Assembly (NCBI GenBank): GCA_005222965.1
Contig: NJBG01000001.1
Coordinates: 613,533 to 677,532 of the forward strand
Source of the DNA: Candidatus Woesearchaeota archaeon B3_Woes
GTDB lineage: Archaea > Nanobdellota > Nanobdellia > Woesearchaeales > B3-WOES
DNA length: 64,000 nt
Direction: 5' to 3'
Shown here: in pieces, positions 47,500-57,610 of the stretch
Position numbering within the stretch: position 1 is the stretch's first letter
Layout of the letters: the number at the start of each line of letters is the position of its first letter
Program-made: the position numbers and the translations under genes
Notes under the pieces: model-generated
What the model saw: the letters and a program-made list of their open reading frames with translations, nothing else
The model's database searches: none
Told to the model about the DNA's origin: nothing

Positions 47500-48265
47500 T
47501 ATGACTATATATTTCCTGTAAAAACCCTATATCCTGTGGAGTTAATTTATCTTCTCTTTTAGTTTCTAGATGTGTTCTCCAATTTGGAGCAGAGACTTCT
47601 CTTTCATCTAACACAGATTTAACAAAAGGAACATGATAATCTCCAACACACACAACAATTTTTCCATCATGTTTGTTTCTAAAATGTCTTATGTCAGGAC
47701 CCCACAATTCAAACTCTCTTACATCTCCTAAAAATTTTTCAAAATCATAACTAAAGTGATCTAAGTCTCTTTGGTCTAATTCATTTTCTTCCCAATATTG
47801 AAGTAATCTCATATAATTTTTCAAGGTTCTCTCGACATCTAAAAAACTAAATCTTCCTCTATAAACCCCAGCAAAAGCAAGAGTAGATTCAAAAGATATA
47901 TCTATTCCTTCTTGATAGCAATTTCTAACATGGACACAAGGAACAAATAGTTCAGCAATATGCTCAGGAACATACTTTAAAACAATCTCCCCAATATCTT
48001 CATCTACTCTATTCCCTGACAAATATTCAATCAGTACTTGCCCAACAGAAGCTTTAACTAATAATTCGGTTGACATAGGATGAAATTGTGCTTGAAATTC
48101 TTCTGGAGTTTCCATCATCAAAGCAGATGTATTTTCTAAAGAGGTAATTAATTCAAGCACAGAATCTTGCGGGATTTGAAATCCATGATCAATAGATCCC
48201 ACTAAGACGTATCGTCCTTTTGGATCTTTTACAATATTAGGTTTATTAGTGGTTCTTTCTATCAT
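47477..48265 (-). CDS. Hypothetical protein, TraB/GumN/EreA-like metallohydrolase fold suspected
   Basis: VLVGSIDH, LMME, IVVCVGDYHV pattern. Confidence 0.5.
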   Translation of the reverse strand: MIERTTNKPNIVKDPKGRYVLVGSIDHGFQIPQDSVLELITSLENTSALMMETPEEFQAQFHPMSTELLVKASVGQVLIEYLSGNRVDEDIGEIVLKYVPEHIAELFVPCVHVRNCYQEGIDISFESTLAFAGVYRGRFSFLDVERTLKNYMRLLQYWEENELDQRDLDHFSYDFEKFLGDVREFELWGPDIRHFRNKHDGKIVVCVGDYHVPFVKSVLDEREVSAPNWRTHLETKREDKLTPQDIGFLQEIYSHIEKALNC

Positions 48266-48369
48266 TTTAATAATTAAGCGATTTTAATGTCACTTTATAG
48301 TGGTTATTTATTTATAAAACCTTCTATTTTATGTAATATAACTGTATATTAAACTATTATAGAATAATA

Positions 48370-48543
48370 CGCCACCGCCCGGACTTTCGATGCAAAGCAT
48401 TGAAATTTTCTTCGCTTATTCGAACCAGGATATCCTTGCGGAAACCGGCTAACCTGATATCCTATGTGGATTAACACTCAAGGCTTACGCTTCTAACCCA
48501 TACGAGCTAGAATCGGCGCAGTACCAGATTGTGCCACGGTGGC
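48370..48543 (-). tRNA. tRNA-Ser(UGA) with three BHB introns (29/30: 48485-48513; 37/38: 48451-48476; 59/60: 48384-48418)
   Basis: Removing the three introns gives an 84-nt cloverleaf with CCGGC-CT-TGA-GA-GCCGG, a long variable arm and G73; each intron forms a bulge-helix-bulge. Confidence 0.9.
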
Positions 48544-48594
48544 ATAAAGAACCTTTATTAATATTTATTTATAAATCTATTGTTATGATTTTTC

Positions 48595-48690
48595 TAAATA
48601 CAAACCTTTATATCAACCTTAATACAAAGTATAATACCAACATTAATACAAAGAGTAATACAAACCTAAATACCAACCATTATACTATTA
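48595..48690. repeat. Tandem 12-bp imperfect repeat array (7-8 units, consensus WWAATACMAACC)
   Basis: taaatacaaacc tttatatcaacc ttaatacaaagt ataataccaaca ttaatacaaaga gtaatacaaacc taaataccaacc attatactatta. Confidence 0.8.
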
Positions 48691-48743
48691 GACGGTAGTT
48701 ATAAACTTTTATATACAACAAAAAAAGGAACTAGTATAGTTAT

Positions 48744-48956
48744 ATGGTTACCAGAAAACAGAAACTAGGTAAATCAATAGATCAGGATATTCTTAACGCT
48801 CTAAACTCCTCAAAAAACCCAATCTCAACAAGGAATTTATCAATTAAAATAAACAGAGCATGGTATTCTGTCCAAACACACTGTTTAAAATTACAATTAG
48901 AGAATAAAATCAACGGATTCAAAGTAACTAATATTAATGTATGGCAATCAAAATGA
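48744..48956 (+). CDS. Small winged-HTH protein
   Basis: DILNAL...PISTRNLSIKINRAWYSVQTHCLKL...INVW. Confidence 0.75.
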   Translation: MVTRKQKLGKSIDQDILNALNSSKNPISTRNLSIKINRAWYSVQTHCLKLQLENKINGFKVTNINVWQSK

Positions 48957-50905
48957 AAAAAGCTCAAATAACACCATTTATCATAATAGGAGCATTAATC
49001 CTATTATCATCTTCTCTATTCATATACTATAGAAATTTCATAGTAGTAGAGCCGGAAATCCTTCCAGAAGATGTTGTACCAATAAAAACCTACATTGAAG
49101 CCTGTCTAAAAGACACAGGAAAAGAAGCAGCAATAAAAGCAGGAATGCAGGGAGGATACATAACTCTACCAAACCAAGTAACTCTAAACAGAGCATATGT
49201 AGAACTAACACCAGGGAGCTTCATCAAAATACCCTATTGGTCCTACAATGGAATAAGCTTTATTCCTTCTATCGATGTAATGCAAAACCAACTTTCAGAT
49301 TATATTAAAGACAATATAAAAAAATGCGTAAACCTAGAAGTCTTTGAAAGAGATTACAATTTAGAAGAAGAAGATGAAATTGAAGTTGAAACAATAATAG
49401 CAGAAAAGAATCTAGACATAAAGATGGTCTACAATATAATTGTAAAAAATAAAGCAACAGACGAACAAACAAGAATTTCACAATTCCACACAATAGTTAA
49501 TGTAAGACTCAAAAAAACATACGAATTAGCAAAGCAAATACTGGAAGCTGAGAACTCTCAGACATATTTTGAAGACATGACAATTGATTGGATTGCTATG
49601 AACAAAGATATTCCACTAAACGGCTTGGAATTCACATGCAAAGCCAATAAATGGAGAGTAAGGGATGTAAGAAATGAATTACAGGATATGATATATTATA
49701 ATGTACCTAAGGTAAGAATAAGAAATACAGATTATACAGGATTCTTAGAAGATGAAGAAGTCTATGAAAATTTACAAAAATACACAATGGAAGACATCTA
49801 TCAAGGAGGAAGACCAAGACAAAAAGCACCAGAAGATGCTTATGATTATTCACACTACTTACTTGATGTAAGAACAAGACCAACAGATCTAAGAGCAGGA
49901 TTCTTATACAGTCCAACTTGGGGAATGGACATGACAGTCAGACCAAGCGAAGGAGGCATTATGAGGTCAACAAAACAAAGCGCATCTGAACAATTTTTAA
50001 GTTTCTTATGCATAAACACACACCATTTTACATACGATGTAACATATCCAATTGAAGTTATGGTAAGAGATGATAAATCATTCAATAACCAAGGTTATGT
50101 CTTTAGATTCGCTTTCCCTGTTATGATAAATCATAATGAGCCAGACAAAGCAGGCTTCATAAATCCATTATATGTTATGGCAGGAGGAGACTTTATTGGA
50201 GAGTGTGAAGACCTAACAGGACCAACTTATGATATTAGAGCATTAGGATTAGATGAGTATGGGATAAGTAATATGGAATTAAAAGATGTCAACATAAGCT
50301 ACAACTGCTTTAGATTTACATGCAATCTTGGAACAACAAAAGCAGACCAAGGAGCATATAGACTAAGAACACAACTACCAAGCTCTTGTGCAAATGGTTT
50401 TATTAAAGCAGAAAAACCAGGTTACTTAGAAGATCAACAACAAGTTTTAGATTCTACAGATATTGATGTAGATCTAAGAAAACTAAAAACATTCAGATTT
50501 GAAGTTGTAAAAAACGATTATAATTATGGAAACATAGGAGATGATGAAATAATAGAAAAACCATACTCAACAATCATTGAACTTCAAAGTTATGATGATC
50601 CAGACCTAGTTTTCTACAGAAAATATCCACTAGAAAACAACCCATCAACAATAGATCTAATAGAGCAAAACAGCAAATACAAAGTAGACATAATGCTGTT
50701 TGATGAAGAAGATAGAATATTTATTGGTGGATATAAAGGAAACTGGAGTCTAGATTATAGAGACATAGCAGATAACAAAAGAATTGTTTTCCATGTCATA
50801 AACTACTTACCTAAGCCGCTAAACAAAGAACAAGAATCAGAAATGATAAAGTTTTTAGAAGAAGATAACACATATAAACAAACACTAAAACCAGAACTAG
50901 AATGA
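48953..50905 (+). CDS. Large surface protein with class III (type IV prepilin-like) signal peptide
   Basis: MKKAQITPFIIIGALILL; YIEACL; Cys-paired extracellular domain. Confidence 0.8.
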   Translation: MKKAQITPFIIIGALILLSSSLFIYYRNFIVVEPEILPEDVVPIKTYIEACLKDTGKEAAIKAGMQGGYITLPNQVTLNRAYVELTPGSFIKIPYWSYNGISFIPSIDVMQNQLSDYIKDNIKKCVNLEVFERDYNLEEEDEIEVETIIAEKNLDIKMVYNIIVKNKATDEQTRISQFHTIVNVRLKKTYELAKQILEAENSQTYFEDMTIDWIAMNKDIPLNGLEFTCKANKWRVRDVRNELQDMIYYNVPKVRIRNTDYTGFLEDEEVYENLQKYTMEDIYQGGRPRQKAPEDAYDYSHYLLDVRTRPTDLRAGFLYSPTWGMDMTVRPSEGGIMRSTKQSASEQFLSFLCINTHHFTYDVTYPIEVMVRDDKSFNNQGYVFRFAFPVMINHNEPDKAGFINPLYVMAGGDFIGECEDLTGPTYDIRALGLDEYGISNMELKDVNISYNCFRFTCNLGTTKADQGAYRLRTQLPSSCANGFIKAEKPGYLEDQQQVLDSTDIDVDLRKLKTFRFEVVKNDYNYGNIGDDEIIEKPYSTIIELQSYDDPDLVFYRKYPLENNPSTIDLIEQNSKYKVDIMLFDEEDRIFIGGYKGNWSLDYRDIADNKRIVFHVINYLPKPLNKEQESEMIKFLEEDNTYKQTLKPELE

Positions 50906-53900
50906 AAAAAGAGGTATCACAACTAGCAGCATTGTTTTGTATAGAACTAATACTGTTCTTGCCATTTTATGTTGCAGATGTTTACGCAGATAAACCAGTC
51001 TTAAGCAATATCCAAGCCTCAACAACACACAATTCATTAAATGTAACATGGCAGACAGATGTTCTTTCTAACTCAATAGTTGATTATGGAAGAGACAGCT
51101 ATATTGAATTAACAAAACAAAGCCAACAGACAACAACAAACCATTCAATAATAATATCTCCTTTACGAACAAATCAAGATTATTATTATAGAATTGAATC
51201 CTGTACAGGAGATGGTTGTGACGCTTCTACAGTCACTAAAATCAAAACACAACCAGCACCAGCACCAGAAAAAATACAAGATATAACAAGCAAAGATATA
51301 ACACCAAGAAGCATAGAAATAACATGGCAGCAATCACTATCTCCATATTTCCAAAGCTACTTGATATATAGAAATGGAGAATTTGTAACAAATATATCAT
51401 CTAAAACACAAGTAACATATTTAGATACAGGATTAGATGGTTCAACAAGATATATGTATGAAGTTAGTGCTATAAATAAAGATTTTGTTGAAGGAGAATT
51501 ATCAGATAAATTATACGGAACAACACTAACTCCAGACACAACACCGCCCACAATACAAAACGTATCAATATCCTCAATTTCACTAGATTCAGTCACAATA
51601 GAATTTATAACAAATGAAGATGCAAACTCAACAATAGTTTATGGAATTGCAAGCTTTGATCAAATAAAATCATCCCAAGATCACACTCAAACACATTCAG
51701 TAACACTAACTAACCTGCAAAACGACACAACATACCAATACAAAATAATTGCATGTGATTTAGATGGAAACTGTGCTGAAAAATCAGATAATGATGCTTT
51801 TACCCCAACTGAAATTATAGAATTAAACATAGAATTAAATGTTCCTACTATATCTAACAAAGCAGTCATTCCTGTTTCTGGAACAGTAACACCTCATACA
51901 AAAGTAAGATTCTTTGCAAATAACATCTACAAAGGTTTAATAGGAATGGTAAGAAACCAGGATGGCGAAATTCAGTTTGATGTACCTGGTTTTTCATCTG
52001 GAAACAATACATTAAAAGTTATTATTGAAGATTCTATTGGCAATACAAAAGAACAAACATACAATATATATGTAGACCTAGCACCACCTATATTAGATAT
52101 ACCAGATCTACCAATTCAAACATCAAACCCAACTCTAATCATAGAAGGCTCTTCAAGCGAATTAGTCGATATTGATATCTACATCTCATTATCACAAGCA
52201 AAAGACACAACACCTCCTGGAAAAATATCAAACCTCCATGTTGACGAAGCAAAAGAAAACAGCATTTTACTAGCATGGACAGATGTAGAAGATGAAGACT
52301 TTAATGAATATATTATCTACAGAGATGATATACCAATCGGAACAACAGTCACATCCCCTTATCTGGATGATTACTTGGTTAGTTCTGGTAAAACATATTC
52401 ATATTCAATTGTTGCTGTTGATACAAGCTGTAATATTGGACAAAAAGTATACATAAACCAAAAAACAATAGAAGGTGGTCTTGTATACGATGAAGATGTT
52501 GAACCAGAAAACATAGAATGTATGACAGGAGAGCAATCACCAGCATACTCTCTTCAGCAACAATATCCTGGTTTTAGAGAAGAAATAACATTAAGGCAGG
52601 GTATAAATGAAATAGTTATTGAAGCAATCGATAGAGCAGGAAATTCTATTCAAAAGATTCATAGAATCTACCACGATTCAGAACCACCTGAAATTCTTGA
52701 TACAAATATTGACAGCATAACTCCAAGTTATGTAAGAGATATTACAATAACAGGAACAGTAAGTGAAGAAACATATGTCTGTATTTATGTTAATAGCGAA
52801 ATTGATGTTAAAACATATAGGGAAGAAGAGGTAGATGAAAGTGCTGAGGATATTTTTGGAGAATCTAAATACTGTGCAAGCACAGAAAATGGAACTTTTT
52901 CTATCGATATAGAATTAAGAAGAGATCCTGATTATGCTTATGACATAGAATCTCCAACATATCAGACACGATCAATGCTGATAAGAACAGGCACAGCATG
53001 GAGAAACAACATAAAGATAGTTGCAACAGATAAAGTTGGATTAAGAAATGATCCAGGACAAGGAGATGAAATATTATACTCTTTATGCGGTGGTGGAGGA
53101 GATTGGGGAATAATTGTAGATGATGTCATGCCAGCTGAAATAACACCAAGACATCTTTTAGAAGGAATGGCTCAAATAAGCTTTAGTGTTGACTTGATAT
53201 GGAGAGGTTCAGGACCAAAACCAGCAATAGCAGATATTGACATAAGAGAAGGATATCCTATGGATATGAGTGCAGATCTTGAAAAAACATTTGACGACTG
53301 GGTTTCGCAGATATATGATGATGCATGGTCTGATGAATTTGATAAAGGATATGTTTTAATTGATCTTAAAGCACAAGACCCAGATCCTAGCGATGAAATG
53401 ACAACATATGAAAAAGAGAAAAATTTATCTCAGCATAATCAAGGACAATGCTTCAATGTTCCTTTTACTGATACAAGTTACTTAGAAAAAGCAGGTTGTG
53501 TAAGAATCCCTCTGACTTTTATGATAGATTATGAACAAAAAAGAAAAGTAAGAATTAGAGATGAATTTAGAGAAAGACAAGAAACACACACACAAAAAGA
53601 ATGTATGGATGTAGAAGTCTTAATACAGCCAAGAATTCCTCCTGATATGATTCCAAATGCTTTTTTAGAAAGTTCAGTTGATTTCCTTAATGCAACAATC
53701 GAAGGTATTGATGCTGTTTTAGGTCCAGTTGAAACAGCACTTAAACTAACCACTTTAGGTTGTTTTGGTATGTGGGCAGGGTTCTATGTTAAAAAGGCCT
53801 CAGAAGGATTTGCTTGTTTAGGAGATGTTAATGTTAAAGACTGTCAATGTACTATTAAAGAAGGTGGATTAACTTGCACTGATGATGTAGATAAAGGAGG

Positions 53901-56676
53901 AGAAGGAAAATGTAATACATGTTTAACTTCAAAAATAAGTACTAAAACATTTGAACAATATATGCACTGGACATGTGATAGAGTATTATGCCCAGCAGTT
54001 CCAAGCTATGAAACTTATATAAAACAAAATAAGGATAATCCTAACTCAAATTGCGAAGGTGTTCCACAAGCAGATTATAAAAAGGATCTACCTGGAGAAG
54101 ATAAAAGATGTAAAAACGCACCAAAAGGGTTAGTTGGTAAAGATGGAAAACCAATTCAATCAGACTCATTATGTTGTGACAATGAATATATGCAGGAATG
54201 GGATGCTGGTGCTATAATGATGAATGAATTAAAAGAATCTGAAAGACTTGTAAATTCAACAAAAGACACATCATTCAGTGAAGCATGGAGGGGTATATCT
54301 GATTTTAAACTTTGCAAACCAGGCGAAAACGAACAAAGACAGATAAATTTTGGTAATGATGGATGGTATATCCTTGAACCCAATCCAAAATACGATTCTA
54401 AGAAAGATGTAGATCAACAAACAGACTTTAAAACACTTGTTTGGGAAGGAATACCTAAACAGGAACGTAGAGTCTCTTTGACAGATAGTCGTGTTTTAAG
54501 TGATAACCTATCTTTAACTAAAGGAATAAGTTTAACTGATGTTCAAAACACAAATAGCATCATAAGGTTTGAAAGATGTAATAAATATAATGTTGATGAA
54601 AGTTATAAATACAAACAAGCTTATTGGCCATCTTTTGAAACAGAAGTTTCATTAGAATCATTAACATCTTTCGTACCTGTCCAAACATTAGAAGGGTTTG
54701 AAAAAGAAAATTTACCACAAAACTATAAAATAAGTGGAACTTCAAAAACTATTACAAGTAATGGTGAAGAAATAAAAGTTCAAAAAATTCAAGATTCAAG
54801 TGGACAAAAGCATTGGTACAAAGAAGATACTTTTAATTATATTGAACCATCAACAATAAAAGAAGAAGATAGGATTCCTATTAAAACACCAAGAACATCT
54901 ACTAAGTCTAAAAAGATTTTCGTACCAGAACAAATAGTTAGAGAAGCTTGCTCAGGATTTTCAGATGAATATATAATTAATCCACCAGATAGTATTTTCA
55001 GAAGTGTACAAAGTGTATGCTTATCTGGAACATATTCTTATCTAAAGATGTACAAGAAAATACTCGGATTAATAAACAATTGTTTCCAGACAATACTAAT
55101 TACAGGAGATGGTTCTAGTGGGGTCTGTCAAGCCACACTAAGTTATTATGTTTGCGACTTTGTCTATGGTTTATTTTCATGCTTTAAAGGATACTCTGGA
55201 TTTGGAACAGAGAGAGGAAGCGGCAACCTAGGATTCTTCAAAGGCATTGTAGGAAGTGGTGCAGAAGTTCAACAAACCATCCAAAACCGTTATGGAGATA
55301 CTAATCTGTTTAATGTTATGTTTGTTGACAAAAAAATCCTACATTCAGCATGTATGGGTTTCTTTGGAGCAGACACAGACATTGACATTATGTCAATGGC
55401 AGAACAGGCAATTGAAATGCCTGTCAAAAGCACAGTAGCGCTTATGCCAGCTAACAGAAGATTTGTTGGTTACAACCCAATAGATGGCATCACAAATCAT
55501 GTCTATCATCTCGGATTAATGATAGTTTCAGGATCAGATGATATGAGATATGAAGTTGATTTAGTATGCTCAACAGACAACTCATGTGACTCAAGATATT
55601 TTGAAAATGGAAGATGTGATTGTGCATATAGTGGTGAAGAAATCACAAAAGATGTTACAAACGCTTTCGGCGGAAACGGAAGACTAGATCAATCAGAAAT
55701 CCTTAATGAAGAAGCATATGTTTCAGTAAGTTATGATATGTATGATTCAAAAGTAAGGTATGACAAAGCAAGAGTTACATACGATTATTTAAATAATAAA
55801 GGACAAATTCAACAAGAAACAGTCGAAAGAGAATTAAGCCAGATTGGTGGAGAACCATTTGCACACTGTTCATTCGATATCCTAACTGGAACATACAGAT
55901 GTAGTGTATTTGAAGAACCAACAACAGCCTGTATTAAAGATAGTCCGGACTTAAAGGTAAATAGTAGAATAATTAAAGAAGGAGAAGAACTACAGTATGA
56001 TGCAGATAAAGAACTTAAGTTTTCATTTGAAGCAAAGAAAGAAAGCAAATCAGGAAGAGAAGATTCAAGAAACTTCTTTGCAGTCTTAGAAATAAAAGAT
56101 GGAGATAATGTCATATTTACTGCTGAACAAATAATTGATGATACAACATCAAAAACCTACACTTTTAGACAAATTGAAATAAAAGATAGTTGGTTTAGTG
56201 GAGAAAGTTCTTATAATTGTTTTATCGAGCCTAAAGACGTCCAAAGTATTGGCATTGATGTATTAGATTGTGATACTGATGGGAGAATATCATGTAGAGA
56301 GGATAATGGACAATATATATTTACAATTGAAGAAGGAACTTATGAAGGTTCTTTTGCTCAAAGCAACCCACCCGTATCATATGATTGTATATTTAGTCAA
56401 GAAGGCAAACAAAATTGTGAAAGTTTTTATCTTGAGGTTAAAAATTTAGCTAACATCAAGTGTAATAATCCTATCCATGTTGATAGAAGAATTTCAACAA
56501 GCACTACATCAACAGCAACATTAAAAGAACTATATTATACTTTAACAATCTACAGACCTCAAACAGAAAACGAAAGAGCAAAATCAAAAACAGTTGCTAA
56601 ATGTGATGGTGTAAAACAAATAGAAGAAGGCAGCTTTAAAATCAATAACACAAAAATAGGAGCACAAGACGAATAA
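50902..56676 (+). CDS. Giant secreted protein (1924 aa): fibronectin-III/Ig-like repeats then a Cys-rich region
   Basis: Signal peptide; VTWQTD, YLIYRNG, YLDTGL...YMYEVSA, DTTPP linkers; many Cys in the C-terminal half. Confidence 0.85.
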   Translation: MKKEVSQLAALFCIELILFLPFYVADVYADKPVLSNIQASTTHNSLNVTWQTDVLSNSIVDYGRDSYIELTKQSQQTTTNHSIIISPLRTNQDYYYRIESCTGDGCDASTVTKIKTQPAPAPEKIQDITSKDITPRSIEITWQQSLSPYFQSYLIYRNGEFVTNISSKTQVTYLDTGLDGSTRYMYEVSAINKDFVEGELSDKLYGTTLTPDTTPPTIQNVSISSISLDSVTIEFITNEDANSTIVYGIASFDQIKSSQDHTQTHSVTLTNLQNDTTYQYKIIACDLDGNCAEKSDNDAFTPTEIIELNIELNVPTISNKAVIPVSGTVTPHTKVRFFANNIYKGLIGMVRNQDGEIQFDVPGFSSGNNTLKVIIEDSIGNTKEQTYNIYVDLAPPILDIPDLPIQTSNPTLIIEGSSSELVDIDIYISLSQAKDTTPPGKISNLHVDEAKENSILLAWTDVEDEDFNEYIIYRDDIPIGTTVTSPYLDDYLVSSGKTYSYSIVAVDTSCNIGQKVYINQKTIEGGLVYDEDVEPENIECMTGEQSPAYSLQQQYPGFREEITLRQGINEIVIEAIDRAGNSIQKIHRIYHDSEPPEILDTNIDSITPSYVRDITITGTVSEETYVCIYVNSEIDVKTYREEEVDESAEDIFGESKYCASTENGTFSIDIELRRDPDYAYDIESPTYQTRSMLIRTGTAWRNNIKIVATDKVGLRNDPGQGDEILYSLCGGGGDWGIIVDDVMPAEITPRHLLEGMAQISFSVDLIWRGSGPKPAIADIDIREGYPMDMSADLEKTFDDWVSQIYDDAWSDEFDKGYVLIDLKAQDPDPSDEMTTYEKEKNLSQHNQGQCFNVPFTDTSYLEKAGCVRIPLTFMIDYEQKRKVRIRDEFRERQETHTQKECMDVEVLIQPRIPPDMIPNAFLESSVDFLNATIEGIDAVLGPVETALKLTTLGCFGMWAGFYVKKASEGFACLGDVNVKDCQCTIKEGGLTCTDDVDKGGEGKCNTCLTSKISTKTFEQYMHWTCDRVLCPAVPSYETYIKQNKDNPNSNCEGVPQADYKKDLPGEDKRCKNAPKGLVGKDGKPIQSDSLCCDNEYMQEWDAGAIMMNELKESERLVNSTKDTSFSEAWRGISDFKLCKPGENEQRQINFGNDGWYILEPNPKYDSKKDVDQQTDFKTLVWEGIPKQERRVSLTDSRVLSDNLSLTKGISLTDVQNTNSIIRFERCNKYNVDESYKYKQAYWPSFETEVSLESLTSFVPVQTLEGFEKENLPQNYKISGTSKTITSNGEEIKVQKIQDSSGQKHWYKEDTFNYIEPSTIKEEDRIPIKTPRTSTKSKKIFVPEQIVREACSGFSDEYIINPPDSIFRSVQSVCLSGTYSYLKMYKKILGLINNCFQTILITGDGSSGVCQATLSYYVCDFVYGLFSCFKGYSGFGTERGSGNLGFFKGIVGSGAEVQQTIQNRYGDTNLFNVMFVDKKILHSACMGFFGADTDIDIMSMAEQAIEMPVKSTVALMPANRRFVGYNPIDGITNHVYHLGLMIVSGSDDMRYEVDLVCSTDNSCDSRYFENGRCDCAYSGEEITKDVTNAFGGNGRLDQSEILNEEAYVSVSYDMYDSKVRYDKARVTYDYLNNKGQIQQETVERELSQIGGEPFAHCSFDILTGTYRCSVFEEPTTACIKDSPDLKVNSRIIKEGEELQYDADKELKFSFEAKKESKSGREDSRNFFAVLEIKDGDNVIFTAEQIIDDTTSKTYTFRQIEIKDSWFSGESSYNCFIEPKDVQSIGIDVLDCDTDGRISCREDNGQYIFTIEEGTYEGSFAQSNPPVSYDCIFSQEGKQNCESFYLEVKNLANIKCNNPIHVDRRISTSTTSTATLKELYYTLTIYRPQTENERAKSKTVAKCDGVKQIEEGSFKINNTKIGAQDE

Positions 56677-56815
56677 AACATAGTTAAGAAGAATGATATT
56701 ATGGGTTAAACAAGAAATTTCATTCCCTCCAAAAATGATTGTAAGAGGAAATTATATATTCTTTGCTTTTGGTAATGATGGGATGAAACAATTGTAAATT
56801 GGCTATCTTAAAAAA

Positions 56816-57610
56816 ATGAACCAAACAAAACTCCAAACAAACAACCTAAAACAATCATTTGAACTACTTACAAAATCTCCTTTTTACTTGGCCATTCCAA
56901 TCCTACTAGATTTAATATTCTTATTTTTAGTAGGATTTATTGGAAGCATCTTCACGACAAAAGCAATTCCATACCTGCAAAACCTTGCAACAATCCAATC
57001 AACACCAGCAGCAGATACTTCTGCTATGATTGCACAACAAACTCAACTAGCATCAGCTCTAACTCATATAGTCTTAATTTTACTGCAGATCGTTTTAGTT
57101 GTTTTTATCCTATGGACAATCTTCCAGGGAATAAATTGGTTTTTGGCAACTAAATGTGTTAAAAAGAAAGTAAACATAAAAAAATATTCTCTAAATTTCC
57201 TAACACTAAATATAATATGGATAATATTAATAGCTATTCTTGCAAAATTCTTTTTTGAAATAACTCTAAAAAACCTATTAACATCAACTCCAATTGTTAG
57301 TCAATCTTTAGTAAACGCAATTGGAATTATAATATCAATAATCCTATTGTATTTCTTATTCATAGGCTACTCAATCTCCTATAAATACAAATTAAAGGAG
57401 TTCCTAAAAAATATATTCAAAATAGGGATTAAAGATTTCAAAATAATAATAGCGTATTTAATAATAGTTGTCTCATTTTGGATAGCTAAGTTTATAGTTC
57501 AGTTATTCTCACTAAGTTTTGCATCAACAATAATAGCAGGAATAATCATTCTAATGCCTTTGATAACTTTTTATAGAATATATCTTATAAAAACAATAGA
57601 AAAAAATTAA
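56816..57610 (+). CDS. Multi-pass membrane protein
   Basis: About 6 hydrophobic helices. Confidence 0.75.
   Translation: MNQTKLQTNNLKQSFELLTKSPFYLAIPILLDLIFLFLVGFIGSIFTTKAIPYLQNLATIQSTPAADTSAMIAQQTQLASALTHIVLILLQIVLVVFILWTIFQGINWFLATKCVKKKVNIKKYSLNFLTLNIIWIILIAILAKFFFEITLKNLLTSTPIVSQSLVNAIGIIISIILLYFLFIGYSISYKYKLKEFLKNIFKIGIKDFKIIIAYLIIVVSFWIAKFIVQLFSLSFASTIIAGIIILMPLITFYRIYLIKTIEKN

Larger units (their letters stand above)
45070..48369. mobile_element. tRNA-Ser-integrated islet with three cargo genes and no integrase
   Basis: Bounded by the tRNA-Ser gene and a direct repeat of its 3' half. Confidence 0.65.

Noticed and set aside
42305..48369. Complete provirus or integrative element
   Set aside because: No integrase, replication or virion genes; only att-like traces and cargo remain
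48500..48520. Reading the tRNA as Leu(UAG) or an amber suppressor (CUA) from CCGATTCTAG
   Set aside because: That sequence is the start of intron 1. It gives a mismatched anticodon stem, whereas removing the BHB intron gives a perfect Ser(UGA) arm consistent with G73 and the long variable arm.
48595..48690. CRISPR array
   Set aside because: 12-bp contiguous units, no spacers, no cas genes in the window
56693..56797. 34-aa ORF MILWVKQEISFPPK... after the giant protein
   Set aside because: No convincing RBS or motif; cannot be supported
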